IMG/VR virus record: IMGVR_UViG_3300029935_000001
Span: 73,867-137,866 of that record
DNA: 64,000 nucleotides
Direction: 5' to 3' (one strand)
Origin: a virus
Lineage: Duplodnaviria > Heunggongvirae > Uroviricota > Caudoviricetes
Part shown: one piece after another, positions 51,501 to 60,076 of the stretch
Numbering within the stretch: the stretch's first letter is position 1
How the letters are laid out: each line of letters begins with the position of its first letter
Made by a program: the position numbers and the translations under genes
Notes under the pieces: model-generated
Told to the model about the DNA's origin: nothing
Database searches by the model: none
Seen by the model: the letters and a program-made list of their open reading frames with translations, nothing else

Positions 51501-52628
51501 GTCACCGGCAATGCCGCTACTGCTACGGCTCTTCAAACAGCTCGTACCATTAACGGAACCAGTTTTAATGGCTCGGCTAATATTACTACTGCTAATTGGG
51601 GCACTGCTCGCACACTTACGATTGGAGCAACTGGTAAATCTGTTGATGGCTCTGGCAACGTTAGCTGGTCTGTTGACGAAGTATTGCCAACTCGTCTCCG
51701 TGGTGTTGCGCAAACAGTAACGGACTGGAATACTGCTATCGAAAATGGTTGGTACATGGCATCGGGCGCCACAAATGCGCCAGCTGCTGGGTGGTGGTTA
51801 GGCTCGGTTGAAGCTCACAATGCATCTTGGGTAACGCAAACTGTTCACGCATTTACAGGGGACTCTGCAGCCGACGGTCAAATATGGCGCAGGCAATTAA
51901 ACAGCGGAACCTGGGGCAGTTGGTACAGGCTACGTTGGTCCGAAGCAGAACAGGATGCTCGTTACGCGCAAGTAAATGGCACTGGCGCTACCGGTACGTG
52001 GGGTATTAATATCACCGGCTCGTCGGCGTCTACTACAGGTAATGCTGCTACTGCTACGGCTCTTCAAACAGCCCGTACAATCAACGGTGTCAGCTTTAAT
52101 GGCACAGCTAATATCACTGTAGCAGATTCGACCAAGCTGCCGCTGAGCGGCGGCACCATGACTGGCACTATAATAAATTCGGCTACCTCGCTAATTCTCG
52201 GCAATGCCGACGGTGTTACCCGCGGGCTTTTGTACAACGATGCCGCTGGGTTTGGATTCTTAAACAGTAGCTCAACTTGGGCACTTCGCGTTAACCAAGG
52301 CACTTCTAATGTGTCGGCATTTGGTGACTTTACTGCGTCGGGTAACGTAACAGCGTATTCAGACGAGCGACTTAAGAAAGACATCGAGCTAATTCCCAAT
52401 GCTTTAGCAAAAGTATGTGAGTTGCGCGGCGTCACCTATACCCGAATTGACACAGGCGAACGCCAAACTGGTGTTGTTGCCCAAGACGTTCAAAAGGTAT
52501 TGCCCGAAGCAGTTAAAGACGGCGAACATCTAAGTGTTGCGTATGGAAACATGGTAGGCTTGTTAATCGAAGCAATTAAAGAGCAGCAAAAACAAATTGA
52601 CGAACTGCGGGCCCAGATAAATAAGTAA
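48501..52628 (+). CDS. Long tail fibre with a C-terminal intramolecular chaperone (peptidase S74-like)
   Basis: KRS..GELAVN N-domain, ATALQTARTING repeats, knob-like DWNTAIENGWY...WGSWY, YSDERLKKDI...TGVVAQDVQKVLPEAV...LLIEAIKE. Confidence 0.88.
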   Translation: MANRIVHKRSSVTGKVPTVGDLEYGELAVNTADLKVYLKDSANTVRSLTDWENIHNKPAGLASAATANTANTLVLRDGSGNFSAGSITASLLGNATTATALETARTIAGKTFNGTQDVTLSTLTRGTYLTGSNYNGSANQTWAVDATSANTASKVVARDASGNFSAGMITADLTGAVTGNASSASKWTTPRNITLTGDSTGTVNIDGTADVSFATTLATTGVTAGTYTKVTVDAKGRVTVGSTLAASDIPNLDAAKIASGTLANARTTGTSASTANTLVLRDTSGNFSANTITANLSGNVTGSVTGNVSGNAGTATALQTARTIAGQTFDGTQDVILSTLTRGTYLTGSNYNGANATTWAVDATSANTASKVVARDASGNFSAGTITANLTGAVTGSASNNVLKAGDTMTGFLTLHANPTAALHAVTKQYVDNLEQGLKAKPAAKAATTTNLVGTYNNGTAGTGATLNLGTAATLTIGGVSAWALNDGVLVKDQTNAAHNGRYYVSQVGSASVAWILTRCGLCDNANEIPGAYTFITDGTYKGTGWVQTVANSATFVVGTDAITVAQFTGAGDYTAGNGITVNGTEISITPTGVSAGTYPKVTVDTTGRVTAGASLVAADIPNLDAAKITTGTLANARTSGVSTNTANTLVLRDGSGNFSAGTITANLTGAVTGNASTATTLATTRTIWGQNFNGGANVTGNLTSVGNITGSGAITIAAGGTDQSITITPSGTGTVNAPTFNATSTTGGGFQGIAADTAAAPSFTWTGDLDTGIFQPGADIIGFTAGGAERGRINTTGFSGNGSQLSSLNASNLASGTVADARLSGTYSGITLKVDGSNTVYTTPSPGSSDISARTVYGLAEYRSVSSAQVGAIVFIAPNTTSTVMHQLEVAGLLYNQNIVSMQVQGYRTTGAWSDLRKVSTGTVDVQTRWGVTPDGKNCLILGDVGTSWSYPHLSIVRAMFSHNVNDAYCTGWTTAVVTDLSAYTNVSANISDSAMVGSVTGNAATATALQTARTINGTSFNGSANITTANWGTARTLTIGATGKSVDGSGNVSWSVDEVLPTRLRGVAQTVTDWNTAIENGWYMASGATNAPAAGWWLGSVEAHNASWVTQTVHAFTGDSAADGQIWRRQLNSGTWGSWYRLRWSEAEQDARYAQVNGTGATGTWGINITGSSASTTGNAATATALQTARTINGVSFNGTANITVADSTKLPLSGGTMTGTIINSATSLILGNADGVTRGLLYNDAAGFGFLNSSSTWALRVNQGTSNVSAFGDFTASGNVTAYSDERLKKDIELIPNALAKVCELRGVTYTRIDTGERQTGVVAQDVQKVLPEAVKDGEHLSVAYGNMVGLLIEAIKEQQKQIDELRAQINK
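48813..49653 (+). repeat. ~190-nt near-identical direct repeat inside the long fibre gene
   Basis: 48813-49002 versus 49464-49653, offset 651 nt (in frame). Confidence 0.9.
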
Positions 52629-52677
52629 GGAGTTACATAGAGGCCGGGCCTCTATGTAACATTAACTAGGAATAAAC

Positions 52678-53157
52678 ATGCCAAAAACACACAACTTTAC
52701 TTTTGTACTTGAAAATTATTACCCCGAAGATTCGCGGGCATATGTTATATACACAGCCAGCGATGAAAACATACCGCCTCGCGGGCAATGGGTATATATT
52801 TCGCCCACTTGGGATAGCAATGCAATCGAGCAAGCAATTATTTCGGCGTATCCTGCAAACCAAATGCGGCCTGTTCCGCCGGCAAACGCCAATATTTCGG
52901 AACTAGTTGGTGAGCCCCGCACTGGTGAGTATTCAGAACCGATCCACGTGCCTGCGGAGCCGATCGTCGACGAAAGCTCAGTGCGCATCACGCGCGACTC
53001 GTTGCTAAGTCTCTCAGACTGGACACAACTAGCGGATGCTCCACTGTCGGCAGCATTGCGCGCCGAATGGGCAGTATATCGTCAATCTCTTAGGGATGTC
53101 CCGGCTCAAAGCGGATTTCCACTAGACGTAATCTGGCCAGCTGCACCAGGGGAGTAA
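52678..53157 (+). CDS. Tail fibre assembly chaperone-like protein
   Basis: RDSLLSLSDWTQLADAP...WAVYRQSLRDVP...WP. Confidence 0.85.
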   Translation: MPKTHNFTFVLENYYPEDSRAYVIYTASDENIPPRGQWVYISPTWDSNAIEQAIISAYPANQMRPVPPANANISELVGEPRTGEYSEPIHVPAEPIVDESSVRITRDSLLSLSDWTQLADAPLSAALRAEWAVYRQSLRDVPAQSGFPLDVIWPAAPGE

Positions 53158-53158
53158 T

Positions 53159-53935
53159 ATGACTTTACCACTTAGTGGAACTATCTCAATGAGTCAGGTA
53201 AACACAGAGCTCCAGCTCCCTGCGACCTCAAATATATCTCTCAACCAAACGGCCGTGCGAGACCTTGCTGGAAAGCCGTCTGGTATTATTTCTATGAGTG
53301 ATTTATACGGTAAGTCATTCCGATTGCCAGAGTTGACTTTAGTCAGCGGAACAGCGGAAACAGGTTCTAGTAGCATTTCCCGCACGCTTAACTTAGGACC
53401 GGAGCACCCAACAAGATCGATTATAGTTTGGGTCACATCGCATGACGGTGCTCCTGCGCAATTTGTGCTTCTCCCTCGGTTGAACAATCAAGTCCCTACA
53501 CGAACGATATACTCAAGAGCAGCGGACAACCGGCTTGCTTCGATGTTAGACATGTGGGATTTACCAACCGGTACTACTGGTACTGTAACGTTTACTACGG
53601 ATCCAAGTGACGATCGCTTTACAATTCACGTGTATAGCCTTCGGTTTGCTAATTCCAATGTTCCAACCTGGTCTAACTTCCTCACTGGCACCCATACTAT
53701 GACAAACATTTCTATAGGCGCCGCCGGGTCGGTTGCGCTGGCAGTTAGTTATAGATGGCTTAGTACAACCCCGTCGTGGACTGGCGCTCATCATCGGCGC
53801 ACAGACTCTCCGCAAGGAACAGTATCTTCTGCCACTCAAACTTATTCAGCACCGACTCCTGTTACTACTATTAGTAGTGGTATGACGCTTGGCGGTTATA
53901 GTGCCGATGGCATCGCAGTAGCAGTTTGGCGTTAA
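53159..53935 (+). CDS. Putative fibre-tip adhesin
   Basis: MTLPLSGTISMSQVNTEL...ISMSDLYGKS N-terminus, commonly found right after S74-bearing fibres; beta-rich C-domain. Confidence 0.6.
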   Translation: MTLPLSGTISMSQVNTELQLPATSNISLNQTAVRDLAGKPSGIISMSDLYGKSFRLPELTLVSGTAETGSSSISRTLNLGPEHPTRSIIVWVTSHDGAPAQFVLLPRLNNQVPTRTIYSRAADNRLASMLDMWDLPTGTTGTVTFTTDPSDDRFTIHVYSLRFANSNVPTWSNFLTGTHTMTNISIGAAGSVALAVSYRWLSTTPSWTGAHHRRTDSPQGTVSSATQTYSAPTPVTTISSGMTLGGYSADGIAVAVWR

Positions 53936-53950
53936 CCAAAAGTAGTATAA

Positions 53951-53977
53951 ATAAAAGGGTCGAAAGACCCTTTTATT
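53951..53977. terminator. Hairpin with GAAA loop overlapping a TATAAATA late promoter
   Basis: ATAAAAGGGTC-GAAA-GACCCTTTTAT; TATAAATA at 53946-53953. Confidence 0.7.
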
Positions 53978-53987
53978 ATGGCCAAAA

Positions 53988-54632
53988 ATGTTAGAACGCT
54001 ACAGAAAAGATTATCAAGGCGAATTTGTAATAGTCAATACTACGTGGAAAGACGGTAAAAAAATTCAGGAGCGCGAGTGGGTTCCAAATCCACTCGAAAA
54101 CAAGCATATATCGAAGCGTGCAGTGGTAATAGGCTCTGGCGCAAGCCGCGAGCGGTTTGACATTAAAGCTTTAGAACAGCACAAAGGCGGGTTATTGGGC
54201 AAGTTGGCCTTACAGACATACGGCGCTGAATCACTGTATACCGAAATAACTCCGGACTTTTTAGTGGTGTTTGATAGCAGTCGCTTAGACCAGCTAGAAG
54301 CATATGCCGAAACTAACGTTGTGTATACCACTACAAAAAACTGCATAAAGCGCCCAGGCAAGTTTTATATGGTACCGTTTAATATTCGCACTTATGCGTT
54401 AGCAACTGCGTTATACTTAGCTGCATTCGACGGGCACCGCGAAGTGTTTTTAGTAGGTTGCGATGGTATAGACCCAATTGAAGAGCGCGAACTCATGCGA
54501 GTAATGGCAGTATATCGCGGCACAAAGTTTATGGTAGTTTCCGACGTCCTTGCTATTCCTGCCAGTTGGCGTAAACTTCCTAATGTTGCCCACTGGAACT
54601 ACCGCCAATTTATTACTGAGTGTGATATATAG
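53988..54632 (+). CDS. Second Maf/MptE-like putative glycosyltransferase
   Basis: AVVIGSGASR, TYGAESLY, PDFLVVFD, LYLAAFDGHREVFLVGCD; paralogous to 37571-38143. Confidence 0.55.
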   Translation: MLERYRKDYQGEFVIVNTTWKDGKKIQEREWVPNPLENKHISKRAVVIGSGASRERFDIKALEQHKGGLLGKLALQTYGAESLYTEITPDFLVVFDSSRLDQLEAYAETNVVYTTTKNCIKRPGKFYMVPFNIRTYALATALYLAAFDGHREVFLVGCDGIDPIEERELMRVMAVYRGTKFMVVSDVLAIPASWRKLPNVAHWNYRQFITECDI

Positions 54633-55107
54633 TTTGTTCTATCTGCTCGATTTTTGATTGGATGGTGTCTGCGCTAATAGTCGACCACAGTCCCGGGTGA
54701 AGTGGTTTTGGCCATTGCGATCGATCGCACCAAGCATACCCAATGTGTTCGCTGTTTAGCTGCGGCAAAAATTCGTGCTCGACCACACATATAAATGTAT
54801 GGTAGCAAAATCGATTGTCTGGGCTGGTAAACTGTTCAACGGGAAGCAGTTTTACATACACTGGCATAGAGCCAATTTCTTCAGAACATTCGCGAGTAAT
54901 TGCAGCAAGTAAGGTTTCGTTTGACTCAACCTTTCCGCCAACTAACCCCCAGGTGCTAAAGTATTTTTTATCAGCGCGCATTAAAAACAATCGCCTCTGT
55001 GTAGATTGGGCGTAAAATAAAACCCCAACTGCGTTTAAAACACTATGGTCCAATGTCCGCCTGGATAAAGGCCTTCGTATGATTTGAGCCATTGTCCGTT
55101 TTTCCAT
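54613..55107 (-). CDS. NUDIX hydrolase (start uncertain)
   Basis: Nudix box GGKVESNETLLAAITRECSEEIG. Confidence 0.88.
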   Translation of the reverse strand: MEKRTMAQIIRRPLSRRTLDHSVLNAVGVLFYAQSTQRRLFLMRADKKYFSTWGLVGGKVESNETLLAAITRECSEEIGSMPVYVKLLPVEQFTSPDNRFCYHTFICVVEHEFLPQLNSEHIGYAWCDRSQWPKPLHPGLWSTISADTIQSKIEQIEQTIYHTQ

Positions 55108-56405
55108 ATGTATTGAATCTCAGTTTGCAAGTTTGTAACAAACTGTGTTGACGTGTTCAATTCGTTGTCGAACACTTTTACCCATTCGTTGCCGTTGAAC
55201 TCAATAATATCTCCACCGGCTGCCACCAGGCCGCCCCATGCTGCAGCCGGGCTGGTGTTTGCGGCGTTGCCCACAGGCCCGATCAATAAATAACGTTGTC
55301 CAGCAACGACATCTACTAACCCAGCCCCAGGGCCTGACTTTTCGGGGTCGATAATTCCATTAATCGGTGGCATGGTATTACCAGGTAATGAATCAGGATC
55401 AACAGTAAACAGCAAAGCCTTAGGGTCCAGTGGGTGATACGCAACTGTGCCGCTTATCTCAATGCCGTTGTCGTCGTTGAACAGTCGTATTAGGCTAATG
55501 CCTTCACGCAATACGCCGTACATCTCAATAACTGCTTTCCAGTCAACAGTGTAGTTGAACGGATCGTCGCCTGCTGCAATAGAATTTTCCACTGCATTGG
55601 ACTTTAAGGCTTTTAGCTGATTGCCCAATAGCAGAATTTGATACCCGTAGGGCGTAATCTGCATTCGTGTTCCTAACAGCAAATCATTGTCGCGGATGGC
55701 TGCTACTGCGTCGCCCTTGGCGTCGTAAATGCCAGCGATGATTTTGTTAACCACGCCAAGTTTCTTAACACGAGCCGGCGGCGAAATCCATATTGGGATA
55801 TAAAACTGGAAGGTGCAGATGTCAATGGGGTTGTCAGTTCCCACTGGCACTGACCGCGAAGTCCAGTTTGTGCGTTCGAGCTCGACAAAGGTTAAACTGG
55901 TCCAGTCAACAAAGTTGTCGGTGCTCTGGATTTCCATTTCTGGGTTAAACAGCGTGGCGATTTGTTCAACGAGCTGTAGCTTTTGGTTGACATTTGAAGT
56001 CCAGATGTCTAAATTAATAGTCAGCTTATACGGAACTGGCATTGGACGCTCAATAGTAAACGCGTTGCCTTGCACGGTGTCGTAGGTGTCGGTAGCTTCG
56101 TCGTATTTGCGCTGTCGGACATGCATTTTTGATATATGCGTTGGGTTCTGCACACGGTCGCGTTCGTAATCTAATCCAGTGACATAAAACGTCATAAGCG
56201 GGGTGTTCGGAATGCCGTTTGCGCTATTTTCTTGTAAAATAGTTTGCGCTTGCCGAGACGCATCGCCGTAACGCACCGGCACCTGCAGCAAAGTGACATT
56301 ACCATCGTCGTCGCGACCGTATTCTACCTGGAAGCCCGAAACAAGTCGAGTAAACTGTAGTAAGAAGCGCTTGATTTGAGAATCGTAAAAGAAGGTGGAA
56401 GTCAT
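55035..56405 (-). CDS. gp15: Tail sheath stabiliser/completion protein with a C-terminal extension
   Basis: FFYDSQIKRF...VPVRYG...MPVPYKL...QKLQLVEQIATLFNP. Confidence 0.85.
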   Translation of the reverse strand: MTSTFFYDSQIKRFLLQFTRLVSGFQVEYGRDDDGNVTLLQVPVRYGDASRQAQTILQENSANGIPNTPLMTFYVTGLDYERDRVQNPTHISKMHVRQRKYDEATDTYDTVQGNAFTIERPMPVPYKLTINLDIWTSNVNQKLQLVEQIATLFNPEMEIQSTDNFVDWTSLTFVELERTNWTSRSVPVGTDNPIDICTFQFYIPIWISPPARVKKLGVVNKIIAGIYDAKGDAVAAIRDNDLLLGTRMQITPYGYQILLLGNQLKALKSNAVENSIAAGDDPFNYTVDWKAVIEMYGVLREGISLIRLFNDDNGIEISGTVAYHPLDPKALLFTVDPDSLPGNTMPPINGIIDPEKSGPGAGLVDVVAGQRYLLIGPVGNAANTSPAAAWGGLVAAGGDIIEFNGNEWVKVFDNELNTSTQFVTNLQTEIQYIWKNGQWLKSYEGLYPGGHWTIVF

Positions 56406-56953
56406 GTTAGCTCAACCCACTTTTTTCGACCGTTATCGTCGATGCATACTTTTCCAATTCTGTAGTTTTTTCTTGATGCTGCTGCGCGTTGTATTGTTTT
56501 GCGCTGCTCAGGTGTTCGTTTTTTTCCTTTAGCAGGATGCGCTTTTCCCTTCATTGCTCCTCCGTCACTTCGTGTCCACCCGCCTTCTGTGCCATGCGCA
56601 CGCCGCCGCGCGTGGGCAGCTCGTTGAGCTTCGCGCATACGTTCTATACTTTCGGGGCTGTGCCGCCGGTTGCTACCGGCTTCTCGAACATTGTAGCATT
56701 CAGTTAATGCTCGGTAATGATCCAGCCAGATACCTTCTTTGTCATTTAACTCTTCTAAGGTTTTAGCAGTGTCAATCACTTCCCAGGAGAAATTTTCAAC
56801 TCCGTGTAAACGCATACTGTTATATAGATGAGAATTCCTGCTACCCTTTACTTCTGCACAGTGTTCGTACCATCGTCGCTTTGGGTTTTTTTGCATTGTT
56901 TGCCCAATATAGACTTTTCCGTTTATAAGATTTGTTATTTTGTAGATATGCAT
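56402..56953 (-). CDS. GIY-YIG (Seg-like) homing endonuclease
   Basis: HIYKITNLINGKVYIGQT...RWYEH...GVENF...YN; NUMOD3-like HSPESIERM and KGKKRTPEQRK. Confidence 0.9.
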   Translation of the reverse strand: MHIYKITNLINGKVYIGQTMQKNPKRRWYEHCAEVKGSRNSHLYNSMRLHGVENFSWEVIDTAKTLEELNDKEGIWLDHYRALTECYNVREAGSNRRHSPESIERMREAQRAAHARRRAHGTEGGWTRSDGGAMKGKAHPAKGKKRTPEQRKTIQRAAASRKNYRIGKVCIDDNGRKKWVELT

Positions 56954-57000
56954 ACATTTATATATAACAACTTGTAAAAAAACTGCTGCATATGTAATCC

Positions 57001-58125
57001 TTAGTTGTCTGCTTGTGGCTTTAGTAAGTCTGACAAACTCTGCCGACTTGGAATAGGTCCGCGGTCCGTAGTTGGCACAGTAGCAGTGTTATTAACAAAC
57101 TGGCTGCGCTGAGTAAGGTTAGATGGGCCATTGGTAAGGTCGGTTCTTACATTATCTTCGATTTTGATCCAGTGGGTTCCGTTAAATCGAAATAAGCGGT
57201 TAGGGAAGTAATCTAAGCGTAACGCGTAGTCGCCTTCGGCAGGGTTTTGAGGAAATGCCACGCCCGGTGTCACCGGTAGTCCGTTTGGAGCTTCGCCGTC
57301 ACCAGTTAAGTATCCCAATGTCCAGCCATTGGCGCGCGGTGAATGGGTATCGGGGTTCACGGGTCGGCCAGTTTCGGCGTCGGTAGGCAGAATAAAAAAC
57401 TTAGTCACATCGTAGCCCGACGCAGGCACTTCGGCTTCAGCTTGTGTTAAGATTGCTCGGTTAATCTCCAAGTCCTTGCGGTATGTAGTGAGATACTCTT
57501 GTAAGGTGCCCGTGTCGGGGTTATCCTCATCGATTGACTTTTTGAGGATATCGTTATACTCTTGACTACCGACCAGTGGAGTAGCTTTTACGCGCCATAA
57601 GTGCGGCAACCAAGTTTGTGAAAATCCTTCGGACGCAAACGACGCATCTTGTATTACATAATACTTGGGCAAAGCTGCTGGGATGGAAGTGTCAAGTGGG
57701 TGGTAATCTTTGAGGTTAGGTAGCTCAAGCACATCTCCACTCATTAGCTTGCGCCCAAGGGTGTCGATCATTGTATTATAGTGAAAGGTAATAAACAAGG
57801 TATCCCCGGCAATAAACAAACCAAACTGCGACAAGTCAAAGTCGAGGTCTTGGACATTGTAAACTCCGCGCATGCGATACACATCAGGGTCGTACTTGCG
57901 GTCACGGTTTTCTAAGAAAAATAGATCCTCGATAAACAGCGGGTCAGTCTTGCTATACGACGGCTGAGTGGCGTCGCCCTCTTTGCTAGGCGGCTTGGTT
58001 GCAGGTCCGGCGTATTTGTGAACGAGAATTTCAATCCCCCCTACGGTGTACATTTCGTTTGCTGTTCGATCAATAAACCGGTAGTCGTTGGATTTGTGAT
58101 TGCGATATAAACTTAGTCTTGGCAT
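57001..58125 (-). CDS. gp14: Neck/head-closure protein, gp14-like
   Basis: LSQFGLFI..DTLFITFH...GDVLELP; upstream of gp15; TAAATA at 58144-58149 (minus). Confidence 0.7.
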   Translation of the reverse strand: MPRLSLYRNHKSNDYRFIDRTANEMYTVGGIEILVHKYAGPATKPPSKEGDATQPSYSKTDPLFIEDLFFLENRDRKYDPDVYRMRGVYNVQDLDFDLSQFGLFIAGDTLFITFHYNTMIDTLGRKLMSGDVLELPNLKDYHPLDTSIPAALPKYYVIQDASFASEGFSQTWLPHLWRVKATPLVGSQEYNDILKKSIDEDNPDTGTLQEYLTTYRKDLEINRAILTQAEAEVPASGYDVTKFFILPTDAETGRPVNPDTHSPRANGWTLGYLTGDGEAPNGLPVTPGVAFPQNPAEGDYALRLDYFPNRLFRFNGTHWIKIEDNVRTDLTNGPSNLTQRSQFVNNTATVPTTDRGPIPSRQSLSDLLKPQADN

Positions 58126-58187
58126 ATTTAGCCCCTTACTGGATATTTATCGGTTGACAAAGCATGCGGCTTATGTAAATATATGCT

Positions 58188-58421
58188 ATGACACACGATA
58201 AGCTAAAAAATGAAATCCAAGTCGGCGATTATGTGGCGTATCACAAAACAAGTAGGATGCACATAGGGCAGGTAACTAAAATCAACCCTAAAATGTTGAC
58301 TATTTCACGGATTCCTGCCAGTCGGCGCAAGCCTAAGCCGGACCACGAATATCCAAATGAGACTGTTAAACTCGACGAGAAAACAGTGCTTGCGTATCTT
58401 CTTCAGCTCCCGCCAGGTTGA
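58188..58421 (+). CDS. Small hypothetical protein (SH3/KOW-like)
   Basis: 77 aa, DKLKNEIQVGDYVAY...GQVTKI; TTGACA upstream at 58154. Confidence 0.6.
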   Translation: MTHDKLKNEIQVGDYVAYHKTSRMHIGQVTKINPKMLTISRIPASRRKPKPDHEYPNETVKLDEKTVLAYLLQLPPG

Positions 58422-58446
58422 CCATTGGCTCAGTTGGCTATATAAT
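58418..58446 (+). promoter_or_regulatory. Sigma70-type promoter
   Basis: TTGACC, 17-nt spacer, TATAAT (58441-58446). Confidence 0.8.
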
Positions 58447-58478
58447 AGCTTTAACAGTTGAGAAAGGACAAACACATT

Positions 58479-59624
58479 ATGGCAGTTGCTACCAAAAAAC
58501 GCGAAAACGCCCCGGTTAAGCTGTTGAGCCCCAAAGTGGCGGAAGCCAAGTATGTAGGCGGTGAACCCACGTGGGAAAAAATCGAAGCGCGTAACGCTCA
58601 ACTGATCCGCGCGTTCAACTGGTACAACTACAACTTTGGCAACAAAGACGCCAAAGAAATGATCGCCGACTACCTTGTGCGCAAAGGGCAAGCTGCCACT
58701 GCCAAAAAAGTTGCTGCTGCGCCAGACTCAATGGTGCGCCCGGTTATTGGCTGGTTGTGCCGAGTCTCGGTAGTGGGTCTGGAACTCACTGACGCAGAAG
58801 CGAGTCAGATCCAAGCAGAAGTTGACCGCCTTGCTTCTTTCAAAGAAGAAAAAAAGAAAGAAGCTGCTGCTGATCCTGCTCGCGCTGCCCAACCCACTAT
58901 TCAAGACCGCCTTCGCGAAAAGTTTAGCGAGTGTGCCGGGGAGATGGAAGGCATGTATGACGAGTTCTTGCTCGCTGGCTGCAAAATGAGTGCAGACTTC
59001 AAACCGCTTAACTTGATCCGCCAGTTTAATGTTGCTCCGCCCCTTGTAGCCGAGTTGTCAAAAATTTGGGAAAACAAGCTCAGCGAGCTGCGGTTGCTTC
59101 AGGCTGGCAAAGACAAACAGCTCAACGAAGGCTACGAAGTCTACGGAAAACTTCAAGTCCGCAACATGGTCAAGTTTGCAGAGCAAGTGGTTGCTGATTG
59201 CGCCGCTTATGTTCAGATCAAGAAGGTTGAGCGCAAGCCTCGCGCCAAAAAGCCAGTCTCGGCTGAGAAGATTGTGTCTAAGCTCAAGTATCAACGCGAA
59301 GACACCGCGCTCAAGATCAAGTCGGAGCCTGCTGCTAAGATTCACGGCGCTGCTGAGTTGTGGTTGTATGACACCAAGAAGCGCAAGCTTCAACACTACG
59401 TAGCCGATCCGCATATTGGCTCGCTCACCGTAAAAGGCACTGCCATTCTTGGGTTTGATGCAACTGCGTCTACACAAAAAACCATTCGCAAACCCGAAGA
59501 GCAGATCAAGCAGGTAATGGGCAGCAGGCCTGCGGCACGCAAGAACTTTGCAGCTATTAAAGCCGTTGAGACCAAACTGACTGGCCGCACCAACGACGCA
59601 ACCCTGATCCTCAAGGTGTATTGA
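58479..59624 (+). CDS. Hypothetical phage protein (basic, 381 aa from ATG 58479)
   Basis: AAAGGA RBS; long K/A-rich ORF; function not recognised. Confidence 0.75.
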   Translation: MAVATKKRENAPVKLLSPKVAEAKYVGGEPTWEKIEARNAQLIRAFNWYNYNFGNKDAKEMIADYLVRKGQAATAKKVAAAPDSMVRPVIGWLCRVSVVGLELTDAEASQIQAEVDRLASFKEEKKKEAAADPARAAQPTIQDRLREKFSECAGEMEGMYDEFLLAGCKMSADFKPLNLIRQFNVAPPLVAELSKIWENKLSELRLLQAGKDKQLNEGYEVYGKLQVRNMVKFAEQVVADCAAYVQIKKVERKPRAKKPVSAEKIVSKLKYQREDTALKIKSEPAAKIHGAAELWLYDTKKRKLQHYVADPHIGSLTVKGTAILGFDATASTQKTIRKPEEQIKQVMGSRPAARKNFAAIKAVETKLTGRTNDATLILKVY

Positions 59625-59625
59625 G

Positions 59626-60051
59626 ATGCGATTCCGAGCAAAAGGCGGCGTGTTCTTCGACCCTGACCGCGCATCAATCAACCTCATTGACGAAATTGAG
59701 GTCACACTAACCAAAGAAGGCGCCGAGCACTTTGCTATCGAAGCAGAGCAGCGAGTAGGGCATGATTTCCGCCAGCTGAGTAGTAGCCTTACTGTAAGGA
59801 TGCAGCTATGGGAGGCCTTTTCGCTCTTTGGGTCCATGATGGTACTCGGGCATCCTACGCCCTTTAAGGACAACCAACTGCGTATCGTGGTTCCGGAGAA
59901 CGTGAAAACGTTCTACACCAAAAACGGGCTCCTACACAGCACCGAGCGCCCGGCAATCGAGTACGCAAACGGTGAGTCCGAATGGTTTATCAACGGCGAA
60001 GAAGCCGATCCACTGGTGGCGATGCTATACGCAAAGGAAGAAAAGAGCTAA
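59626..60051 (+). CDS. Hypothetical protein
   Basis: 141 aa; one LHSTERPAIEYANGESEWFING unit. Confidence 0.65.
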   Translation: MRFRAKGGVFFDPDRASINLIDEIEVTLTKEGAEHFAIEAEQRVGHDFRQLSSSLTVRMQLWEAFSLFGSMMVLGHPTPFKDNQLRIVVPENVKTFYTKNGLLHSTERPAIEYANGESEWFINGEEADPLVAMLYAKEEKS

Positions 60052-60076
60052 ATACTGGAAACGAGGATTTCAGTAT

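Noticed and set aside
39899-52435. Many long antisense ORFs over the fibre genes
   Set aside because: Shadow frames caused by the Thr/Ala/Gly/Val codon bias of the sense genes.
59058-59873. 271-aa minus-strand ORF
   Set aside because: Fully overlaps two plus-strand genes of a unit with a clear promoter and RBS; no motif.
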